Part shown: one piece after another, positions 16,573 to 24,000 of the stretch
Layout of the letters: each line of letters begins with the position of its first letter
Numbering within the stretch: the first letter of the stretch is position 1
Origin: Paraperibacillus esterisolvens
GTDB lineage: Bacteria; Bacillota; Bacilli; Bacillales; DSM-1321
Assembly: GCF_046237625.1 (NCBI RefSeq)
Contig: NZ_CP143545.1
Coordinates: forward strand, 2,684,228 to 2,708,227
Direction: 5' to 3'
DNA: 24,000 bases
The notes under the pieces: generated by a model
Seen by the model: only the letters and a program-made list of their open reading frames with translations
The model's database searches: none
What the model was told of the DNA's origin: nothing
Position numbers and translations under genes: made by a program

Positions 16573-19371
16573 TCATTTAAGCCATTCTGCCACTGATTCA
16601 GTAATCATGCCGGCCTGTGTTCTTTCGACTTGTACATCCGGTATAGCATCAAGAAACGTTTTTCCATAAGAAGAGGAAATCAGCCGCTTATCAAGGACGA
16701 TCATGACTCCTTTATCCTGTTCCCCCCTGATGAGCCTTCCGAAACCCTGCCTGAACCGTATGACCGCTTCAGGGAGTGAGAGGCTTGTAAAAGGATTCAA
16801 TCCTTTTGCCACAAGAACCCTCGCTTTTGCCGCAGCTGCTGGTTCATCGGGAGGAGAAAAGGGAAGCCTAACGATAACAAGGCATGACAGCTTTTCACCC
16901 TGTATATCCACTCCGTCCCAGAAACTGACATTGCCAAGGAGAATGCCTTTTGTGAAACCCTGAAAATTTTTCAGCAGCCTCCACTTGCTTCCCCCGGATA
17001 TACCCTGGGCCAAAATTGTGTATTCATCAAGTGAAGCGGTACTTTTTAAATGCTCATAGGTAAGACGTAAAAGCTCTCTGGATGTGAATAACACCATCAT
17101 TCTCCCGTCTGAGCCCAGAGCAGCAGCCGCAATATGTCCGGCAGCCGCCTTTGCGAATTCAGCCTGTACAGTCATGCTGATATCCGGCATGGTCTCTGGC
17201 ACGATGATCTTTACTGCTTCTTTATAATTAAAGGGAGAGGGATATGATTCCGTTTGAACCTTATCATCAATGCCCAGCTGCTCTTTAAAATACGCAAAGG
17301 ATCCATTAACCGACAGGGTCGCTGAAGTCAGGATGATGGAGCTGAATCTGGAGTGATCTTCCTCCCAGAAACGCCCTGCCCCTTCGACAGGCTGTGAATA
17401 AAGGGTAATCGTCATGTTCTTTCCGCTTCTGGCCAAGTCAGTCCAATACACCATATCTGCTTTCTGCCTCAGGAAAAATTCCCTCAGCGCTTTTTCAAGC
17501 TTTTCAAAATCGTGGTGCAGGGATTCAGCCTCCGTCAAATAGAATAAATGGGTTCTGCCAAGTGAATCCTCCGCTTCCTTGAGAAGGCTGATTCTCTCTT
17601 CGACCGCCAGCCTGATCCGCTTCTGATAGTCGATTACCCGTTCTGCTGCCATTAAAAGATTGGACAGTCTCCGGTCTGATGTCCTGTCAGGCTGAAAGGG
17701 CAGAGTCGATACGGGCCCTGCTGTGTTTTTGCTGTTAGCCTCCATAAATCCGGCCAGCTGTAAAAACAATGATTCGGTTTCATATAGAAAATCCTGTACA
17801 TATCCTTCGACCGCTTGGCCTGAAATACCTGAAACAAGATTTTTTTCCTTTAAAAGCCTTTCCAGCTTGTACAATATCATTTTCTGATTATATGTACCCA
17901 GCCTGTTCATCAAGGTCCTGATGCCCTGATAGCTGACATTCAGGCCCGCTTGGGATTTGTAGGCTTTTTCAAAATGATGTGCTTCATCTATGATGAGTGC
18001 AGCATTTGGCTGAAAGATTGAATTCCTCATGCGCAGTTCATTGAAAAGATAGGCATGATTAGTGATCAATAGATCCGCCTTGCGCGCGGCCTCCACGGCC
18101 CTCAAATAAAAATCACGGGTATCCCAGGGAGCCTGAAGTCTGGCCGGCATAGGCCCGCCGGAGTGGAGCCGGTCCCAAAAGCTTGCTCCCCCTGAAGTAA
18201 GATTCAACTCATCCCTGTCTCCTGTTTCCGTATAAGTCAGCCAGACCAGTATCTGCATTTTGGTCAATGAAGAATCGTAATTGTCGTCTTTCTGGCGGAG
18301 AACCCGTTCAAACTTAGCAAGGCTGATATAATTGTTTTTGCCTTTAATAGTGCTGGCTGAAAAAGGAAGCGGCAGTATTTTTTCAAGAGCCGGTATTTCC
18401 TTATTCATCAGCTGTTCCTGAAGATGGAGGGAATATGTGCTGATGATTACTTGTTTTTTTGTATGAAGGGAAAAATGTACCGCAGGCAGGAGGTATGCCA
18501 GCGATTTGCCGATGCCGGTGCCCGCTTCAATGATCCTGCTGCTCCCATGGATTAACGCATCATGCACACTATTCATCATGTTCAGCTGGCCTTCCCTCTT
18601 TTTCATATAAGGGAAGGCCGCCTGCATCGCCTGTATCTTTTCCTCATCACTGTATGAATAAGATAATTCAGGCATTTCTTCAGCCTCTTTTTCCCCGCTT
18701 ATGATACGAAGGGACAGACCCTTATATATTTCCAGCTGTCCCAGGGGCTCCAGCACCTTCGTTTCCTTAACCGAGATACATTCTCCGATCAACTCAGAAA
18801 TCTCGCTTTTCAAAGAAAAGGAAAGCCGGTACAGCTGTTTTAAGGTGGACTTTGGAAGGGTCTCCATCCTCTCCATCAGCTTCAGCAGCAGCATGGCCGT
18901 CACCTTTGCATCGCTGTCCGCACGATGAGGCCTCTCGTGATTCAGGTTCTCTAATTGGGCAAGCTTAGAAAGCTTGTAGCTGTCTGCCGTTGGAAGCAGA
19001 ATCTTAGAAAGCTCAACTGTATCGATCGTTGAGCCATAAAACCCATCATACCCTGCAGCCTCCAGCTCTTCCTGAAGGAAGGACAAATCAAAAAGAACAT
19101 TATGAGCGACAAATACCGCATCAGTCAGGAGGGAATTTATTTTTGCGGCCACCTCGCTGAATTCCGGGGCATCCGCCACCATATCGTTGCTGATGCCGGT
19201 CAGCTCCTCGATGAAAGGCGGGATACTGCGGCCCGGCTTTATATATGTAGAGTACTCATCACAAATCTTGCCTGCCTCGATGACCACACAGGCAAACTGG
19301 ATGATTGAATCGCCTTTTTTGGGTGAATTGCCTGTAGTCTCCAAGTCCACTACAATGTATTTTTGTTTCAT
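16573..19371 (-). CDS. dinG: DinG-family ATP-dependent helicase with N-terminal DEDDh exonuclease domain
   Basis: YIVVDLETTGNSPKKGDSIIQFACVVIEAGK (exonuclease I), VAHNVLFDLSFL, HRADSDAKVT; helicase Walker A IEAGTGIGKSLAYLLPA and DEAH box ALIIDEAHHFEKAY; 932 aa. Confidence 0.95.
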   Translation of the reverse strand: MKQKYIVVDLETTGNSPKKGDSIIQFACVVIEAGKICDEYSTYIKPGRSIPPFIEELTGISNDMVADAPEFSEVAAKINSLLTDAVFVAHNVLFDLSFLQEELEAAGYDGFYGSTIDTVELSKILLPTADSYKLSKLAQLENLNHERPHRADSDAKVTAMLLLKLMERMETLPKSTLKQLYRLSFSLKSEISELIGECISVKETKVLEPLGQLEIYKGLSLRIISGEKEAEEMPELSYSYSDEEKIQAMQAAFPYMKKREGQLNMMNSVHDALIHGSSRIIEAGTGIGKSLAYLLPAVHFSLHTKKQVIISTYSLHLQEQLMNKEIPALEKILPLPFSASTIKGKNNYISLAKFERVLRQKDDNYDSSLTKMQILVWLTYTETGDRDELNLTSGGASFWDRLHSGGPMPARLQAPWDTRDFYLRAVEAARKADLLITNHAYLFNELRMRNSIFQPNAALIIDEAHHFEKAYKSQAGLNVSYQGIRTLMNRLGTYNQKMILYKLERLLKEKNLVSGISGQAVEGYVQDFLYETESLFLQLAGFMEANSKNTAGPVSTLPFQPDRTSDRRLSNLLMAAERVIDYQKRIRLAVEERISLLKEAEDSLGRTHLFYLTEAESLHHDFEKLEKALREFFLRQKADMVYWTDLARSGKNMTITLYSQPVEGAGRFWEEDHSRFSSIILTSATLSVNGSFAYFKEQLGIDDKVQTESYPSPFNYKEAVKIIVPETMPDISMTVQAEFAKAAAGHIAAAALGSDGRMMVLFTSRELLRLTYEHLKSTASLDEYTILAQGISGGSKWRLLKNFQGFTKGILLGNVSFWDGVDIQGEKLSCLVIVRLPFSPPDEPAAAAKARVLVAKGLNPFTSLSLPEAVIRFRQGFGRLIRGEQDKGVMIVLDKRLISSSYGKTFLDAIPDVQVERTQAGMITESVAEWLK

Positions 19372-19532
19372 GTATAGTACACCTCAATAACTTCTGCTGT
19401 CAGCCCTAAGAGGCTGGACACTCAATTCCTTATAACATACCACCCTTTTCAACCGAAATACAAGCTGAGGGGAAGGGCCTGTGCTAAGTTTTTCTAAAGA
19501 CTGCACAGACCGGCTGGTTCAAAAAGAAAGTA

Positions 19533-19564
19533 GAAAAACCGGCCAGGAGAGCGGCCGGCCGGTT
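19533..19564 (-). terminator. Intrinsic terminator downstream of panD
   Basis: Minus strand AACCGGCC-GGCCGCTCTCCT-GGCCGGTT-TTTC immediately after the panD stop at 19570. Confidence 0.85.
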
Positions 19565-19569
19565 ATATG

Positions 19570-19953
19570 CTACATTATAGTGGCTGCTGGTTCGTGGCCA
19601 ATCAGCTCTTTAATTCGATTGTTCTCATCCATAATCGCTACCTTCGGTGTGTGGCTCTGAACCTTTTCCTCCGGTATGATTGCATAGGAAATGATGATGA
19701 CAATATCATCCGGCTGAACCAGGCGTGCAGCTGCTCCGTTCAAGCATACCACTCCGCTTCCGCGCGGGCCGGGAATAATATAGGTTTCAAGCCTTGCACC
19801 ATTATTATTATTGACAATCGCCACTTTCTCATTTGCTGCCATTCCGACTGCATCCAGGATATCCTCATCGATTGTAATGCTTCCAACATAATTTAAATTT
19901 GCCTCAGTCACCCTGGCACGGTGGATTTTGGCATTCATCATTGTGCGAAACAT
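19570..19953 (-). CDS. panD: Aspartate 1-decarboxylase
   Basis: [60 protein letters not shown] with GSI cleavage motif. Confidence 0.97.
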   Translation of the reverse strand: MFRTMMNAKIHRARVTEANLNYVGSITIDEDILDAVGMAANEKVAIVNNNNGARLETYIIPGPRGSGVVCLNGAAARLVQPDDIVIIISYAIIPEEKVQSHTPKVAIMDENNRIKELIGHEPAATIM

Positions 19954-19980
19954 AGCCGTTCCTCCTCATTTTTCCTTGCT

Positions 19981-20823
19981 TTATATGGTGAAGATAATAT
20001 TGTCAATCAAGCGTGCCCTGCTGAATTTAACAGCGGCGGCAATGATTACTCTCCCTTTCAGGCTGTCAATTCTCTCAAGGTCAGGATAGGATAAAACTTC
20101 TATATAGTCCAGTATTCCGCTCGTCTCTCTGCTTATTTTACCAGAGACCATCTCTGTGATCGCATCCGGCTTTGTTTCACCGCCAAGCGCCATCGCTTTA
20201 GCATCAAGAAGGCTTCTGTAGATGGCCGGCGCCTCAGTTCTCTCCGATTCAGACAAATAGACATTGCGAGAGCTCTTAGCCAGACCATCGTGCTCCCTAA
20301 CTGTTTCCACCGGTACGATATCCACCGGGATATTGAAATCCTGTACCAGGCCATCAATAACCGCTACCTGCTGGGCATCTTTCATGCCAAAATAAGCGCG
20401 GTCAGGCTGGACGATATTAAACAGCTTAGTCAGGACGACCGCCACTCCGTCGAAGTGGCCAGGACGGCTCGCTCCGCAAAGGATGCTTGTCCTCTTCGCC
20501 ACCGTTACCGATATGGTCGGTGAGGCTGGATACATTTCCTCCACTGAAGGATAAAAAATATAATCTGCACCAGCATCGCCCGCAACTTTCTCATCCCGCT
20601 CCATATCCCGGGGATACGTGTCAAAGTCCTCATTCGGCCCAAACTGCAGGGGATTTACAAATATGCTCAATACAAGAATATCATTTTCCTTCCTGGCCTT
20701 TTTCAAAAGTTCTAGGTGCCCTTCATGTAAAAACCCCATGGTCGGCACAAATCCAATGGTGCTGCCTTGCCGTTTACTCTTCAGTTCCTCTCTCAGTGCC
20801 TTTATCTCCCGGAATATTTTCAT
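19981..20823 (-). CDS. panC: Pantothenate synthetase
   Basis: [79 protein letters not shown]. Confidence 0.97.
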   Translation of the reverse strand: MKIFREIKALREELKSKRQGSTIGFVPTMGFLHEGHLELLKKARKENDILVLSIFVNPLQFGPNEDFDTYPRDMERDEKVAGDAGADYIFYPSVEEMYPASPTISVTVAKRTSILCGASRPGHFDGVAVVLTKLFNIVQPDRAYFGMKDAQQVAVIDGLVQDFNIPVDIVPVETVREHDGLAKSSRNVYLSESERTEAPAIYRSLLDAKAMALGGETKPDAITEMVSGKISRETSGILDYIEVLSYPDLERIDSLKGRVIIAAAVKFSRARLIDNIIFTI

Positions 20824-21656
20824 TTTCTTCCTCCATACAGTGCTTCCACATCTTCTTCAGCCATGGTATAGGAGTGCTCCCTTTCGGGGAAAGCGGAATT
20901 CTTTACCTCTCTGACATATTCAGCCAGGCCATTTTTGACTGCCTCACCGATGGAGGCATAAGGCTTAACAAATTTGGGAAGCCGGGCCACTCCATATGAG
21001 AGGACATCGTGATACACAAGCACCTGGCCGTCCGTATGCATGCCGGCACCAATTCCAATGGTTGGTATCCCCAGCGTCTCAGTGACCAATCCGGCAAGCT
21101 GATAAGGCACACATTCAAGTACAAGCGCAATTGCCCCCGCTGCCTCACATGCTGCTGCATCCGCAAGCAGGCGGCTGGCTGCCTCACGATCCTTACCCTG
21201 TACTTTATAGCCGCCAAGCACGCCGACTGACTGGGGAGTCAGACCAAGATGGGCCACTACGGGTATTCCGGCATTTGTAAGTGCGGAGATCTTCTCCAGC
21301 ACTTCTCCCGCTCCCTCTACTTTAACGGCATGGGCACCTCCATCCTGCATGATTTTCGCAGCATTTTTGAGGGTCTCATCCAGTGATAGATGATAGCTCA
21401 TAAACGGCATATCGGTAACGATGAACGTATCTTCCGCCCCCCGCTTTACAGCCTTGGTATGGTGTACCATATCATCTATCGTCACGGGCAGGGTGGAGTC
21501 ATAGCCGAGTACCACCATTCCAAGTGAATCACCTACCAGGATCATATCGACCCCGGCTTCTTCAGAGAGCTTTGCTGAAGGATAATCATAAGCGGTCAGC
21601 ATCGTTATTTTTTCACCCTGCTTTTTCATTGCGCTGAACTGAGCAGAAAATTTCAT
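20820..21656 (-). CDS. panB: 3-methyl-2-oxobutanoate hydroxymethyltransferase
   Basis: [60 protein letters not shown]; overlaps panC by 4 nt; AGAAGGAGG RBS. Confidence 0.97.
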   Translation of the reverse strand: MKFSAQFSAMKKQGEKITMLTAYDYPSAKLSEEAGVDMILVGDSLGMVVLGYDSTLPVTIDDMVHHTKAVKRGAEDTFIVTDMPFMSYHLSLDETLKNAAKIMQDGGAHAVKVEGAGEVLEKISALTNAGIPVVAHLGLTPQSVGVLGGYKVQGKDREAASRLLADAAACEAAGAIALVLECVPYQLAGLVTETLGIPTIGIGAGMHTDGQVLVYHDVLSYGVARLPKFVKPYASIGEAVKNGLAEYVREVKNSAFPEREHSYTMAEEDVEALYGGRK

Positions 21657-21705
21657 TTATTATTCCTCCTTCTTTTTTGGAAGATGAATCAGGAGGGCAT
21701 AGGGT

Positions 21706-21870
21706 TAAAAACCCAAAAAAACCCTTCTGCAAACAGAAGGATTTTGAAAGTCAAGTTGGTGATCCCTCCGTCCCAGTCCATCTAATTGGATCAAGGCAGA
21801 TATGCTTATATAAATAAAAAACGATATAAAAAGGTGCAGTTCTATCTTGATACCGCCCAGCTACATTATA
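21706..21870 (-). promoter_or_regulatory. Candidate panB promoter plus structured leader/attenuator (possible pan-motif RNA)
   Basis: Minus-strand TATAAT at 21870-21865, then a leader with GGTATCAAGATAGA (21854-21841) / TCTGCCTTGATCC (21800-21788) pairing, ending in a hairpin with T-run before panB. Confidence 0.5.
21711..21741 (-). terminator. Intrinsic terminator within the birA-panB gap, located after the candidate panB promoter
   Basis: Minus strand CCTTCTG-TTTG-CAGAAGG-GTTTTTTTGGG (stem 21740-21734 / 21729-21723). Confidence 0.85.
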
Positions 21871-21913
21871 CATAAATATTTCATATTTTCCTAAAGTTTT
21901 TTCACGGTCTTGT

Positions 21914-22906
21914 TCAGTTTAGTTCAATGTCTGCGGAATATATCCGGTGAATCTGCCCGTTTTCCTCCTGGAGAAGCAAAACGCCTTCATCCGTAATGCC
22001 GACAGCTTTTCCAAAAAGCACACCGGAAAGAGTAGTCGCCTTGATTTCACATCCCAGACTGATAGCATAGCTTTCCCATAGCAGTTTGATGGGCTTGAAG
22101 CCTTCTTTTATATATAGTTCATATAAATTTTCAAATTTCCGCAGGAATGTCTGGATCACCTCAGTACGGGAAATGGGTTCTCCTGCCTGAATGGCCAGGG
22201 AGGTTGCAGTTCCTCTGATTTCTTCAGGAAAATCCTGAAGCTCCTGGTTCACATTGATGCCAATCCCAATTATGACAGAATGGATCCTGTCTGCTTCAGC
22301 CTGCATTTCTGTCAGGATGCCTGTCACCTTTTTGCCATTGATCAGAATATCGTTCGGCCATTTGATGGATGGACTTAAATTTGCTGCCTCCTCAAATGCC
22401 TGAACGATGGCAGCAGCCGCAAGCAAGGTAAGCTGCGGGGCATCCTGCATGGGGATATTGGGCCTTAAGATAAGGCTCATCCAGATGCCGGTTCCCCTAG
22501 CCGAGTGCCAGCTCCGCAAAAGCCTCCCCTTTCCGGCAGTTTGTTCATTCGCAATGACAAGGGTGCCTTCTTCTGCCCCTTTGTCTGCCAGAGCGTGGGC
22601 AGCCTTTTGGGTAGAGTCGAGAGAGTCGTGATACACAATATGCTTCCCAATTGACTTTGTCTGAAGACCGAGCATGATGGAGTTTTGGGACAGCTTATCG
22701 GGGCTTGTCAACAGTCTGTACCCCTTCTTTCTTACAGCCTCAATCTCATAACCATCTTTGCGGAGTTCCTCCATATGCTTCCAGACTGCGGTTCTGGAAC
22801 AGCCCATGATGTCTGCCAGTCCCTGTCCAGATAGGTATTCTCCCTCTGCCTCATAAAAGGCCTCCAATAACTTCTTTCTTAAATCCGATTGCACTGGACC
22901 AGCCAC
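21914..22906 (-). CDS. birA: BirA-type bifunctional biotin-protein ligase / biotin operon repressor
   Basis: N-terminal HTH (YLSGQGLADIMGCSRTAVWKHMEELRKDGYEIEAV), ligase motifs GKGRLLRSWHSARGTGIWMS, SIKWPNDILINGKKVTGIL, GIGINVN. Start may be GTG 22894 rather than 22906. Confidence 0.95.
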   Translation of the reverse strand: MAGPVQSDLRKKLLEAFYEAEGEYLSGQGLADIMGCSRTAVWKHMEELRKDGYEIEAVRKKGYRLLTSPDKLSQNSIMLGLQTKSIGKHIVYHDSLDSTQKAAHALADKGAEEGTLVIANEQTAGKGRLLRSWHSARGTGIWMSLILRPNIPMQDAPQLTLLAAAAIVQAFEEAANLSPSIKWPNDILINGKKVTGILTEMQAEADRIHSVIIGIGINVNQELQDFPEEIRGTATSLAIQAGEPISRTEVIQTFLRKFENLYELYIKEGFKPIKLLWESYAISLGCEIKATTLSGVLFGKAVGITDEGVLLLQEENGQIHRIYSADIELN

Positions 22907-24000
22907 TCCCTTATTGCCTTTTTATCGTTTTTTACTCGCTCTTCCAGCACCCCAGTCAGGATAAATGAAAGAAGCTCCTTAACCCAGGGCCCTCCCTTTT
23001 TTCCGGTCCAGTCCAATAAATCATTGCCATTTACACCGAGCTCATTCATATGATGGACAGGCAGGCTGTCATAAGCGGTTTCGACCTGGCTGTGAGGCGG
23101 AACACCCATACGGGCTGCAAACACCCTTTCGACCCTTATGGCTGTTTCTCTTCCCGCCTCAAACAGAGACTTTTTACCCAAAGGCCCCTGCCTGCGCGTG
23201 TTCAGATACACCAGATGGCTTTTAATTGATTTAAACTGTTTCATCGGCATCCTCCAGCTGTTCAGGAACGCATCCGCTCCTTCCTGATTCATGAGGCTTG
23301 TGAGCAGCACCCAGCTGTCAAAGCCGTCCTTCAACCCGGATGGATTTAGTCCGATGAATTTCCGGAGTGCTTCCTGCTGGTGCGGGAGGCCCGGGACATA
23401 CTGGTATAACCCGCTGTCCAGCAAGATCTCGAGGGCCCTGGTCCTGCTCCGGCCTTCCATAAGTTTGTTAAATTCAGCAAGCAGCCGCTCAACAGCCATG
23501 TTGGAGAGAATCGGTCCATTCTTTTTGATCCCTTCAAATACTTCAGGATCCATCGAAAAAGAGAGCTGGCTGACAAATCGGACTGCCCGCATCATCCGGA
23601 GAGCGTCTTCTGAAAACCGTTCATCAGGATCACCCACCGTACAAATCAGCTTCCGCCGGATTGCAGATGCCCCGGAAAAGGGATCGATCAGATTGTAGCC
23701 TTTATCCATCGCAATGGCATTCATCGTAAAATCCCTTCGCTGCAAGTCTTCCCTCAGAGACCTGATGAACTTCACCTCTGAAGGACGGCGAAAGTCCTCA
23801 TAGCCGCCCTCCCGGCGGAATGTAGTTACTTCATAGGGCTCACCTTCGTGAATGACGATTACCGTCCCGTGTTCAATCCCAACATCAACGGTATTGGGGA
23901 AAATCGCCTTTACTTCGAGCGGTGTGGCACTTGTAGCGATGTCCACATCACTTATGGGCTTTTTAAGGAGCATATCCCTGACCGCACCGCCGACAAAATA
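22879..24000 (-). CDS. cca: CCA tRNA nucleotidyltransferase, 5' end off the right edge of the window
   Basis: Edge translation YFVGGAVRDMLLKKPISDVDIATSATPLEVKAIFPNTVDVGIEHGTVIVI..., EDLQRRDFTMNAIAMD, DPDERFSEDALRMMRAVRFVSQLSF. Track start at 23973 is internal. Confidence 0.96.
   Translation of the reverse strand, partial: YFVGGAVRDMLLKKPISDVDIATSATPLEVKAIFPNTVDVGIEHGTVIVIHEGEPYEVTTFRREGGYEDFRRPSEVKFIRSLREDLQRRDFTMNAIAMDKGYNLIDPFSGASAIRRKLICTVGDPDERFSEDALRMMRAVRFVSQLSFSMDPEVFEGIKKNGPILSNMAVERLLAEFNKLMEGRSRTRALEILLDSGLYQYVPGLPHQQEALRKFIGLNPSGLKDGFDSWVLLTSLMNQEGADAFLNSWRMPMKQFKSIKSHLVYLNTRRQGPLGKKSLFEAGRETAIRVERVFAARMGVPPHSQVETAYDSLPVHHMNELGVNGNDLLDWTGKKGGPWVKELLSFILTGVLEERVKNDKKAIREWLVQCNRI

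Noticed and set aside
21840-21860. GGGCGGTATC in the panB leader as a T-box core
   Set aside because: It only loosely resembles the T-box GGUGGUACCRCG motif, is at the 5' instead of terminator-proximal end, and no specifier domain is evident.
1-24000. Search for defence system, prophage, transposon, CRISPR array or toxin-antitoxin pair
   Set aside because: All substantial ORFs are recognisable housekeeping or conserved Bacillus genes in a familiar order; no transposase, integrase, array of regular repeats or tRNA/rRNA was visible.

Overview
The window looks like an ordinary chromosomal segment from a Bacillaceae genome. It matches the Bacillus subtilis-type neighbourhood cca-birA-panBCD-dinG-ypmA-ypmB-aspB-asnS-dnaD-nth-ypoC / ponA-recU / yppC-sspM-yppD?-yppE-yppG ... 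yprA(mrfA). Most genes are on the minus strand. recU-ponA, sspM and an hsp20-like gene are on the plus strand. I see no phage, transposase, CRISPR array, rRNA or tRNA, and no convincing new multi-gene system. The best secondary signal is the panB leader at about 21.66-21.87 kb. It has a candidate promoter, a structured leader, a possible antiterminator pairing and an intrinsic terminator just before panB, consistent with an attenuator or pan-motif RNA. Other points are degraded Bacillaceae-type intergenic repeat fragments, a perfect 16-bp inverted repeat, a low-complexity tail on PBP1a, and an sspM gene too short for the ORF track. Two edge-truncated genes (yprA on the left, the 5' end of cca on the right) are absent from, or truncated in, the supplied ORF track. 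All family names come from recognising protein motifs and gene order; no database search was run.
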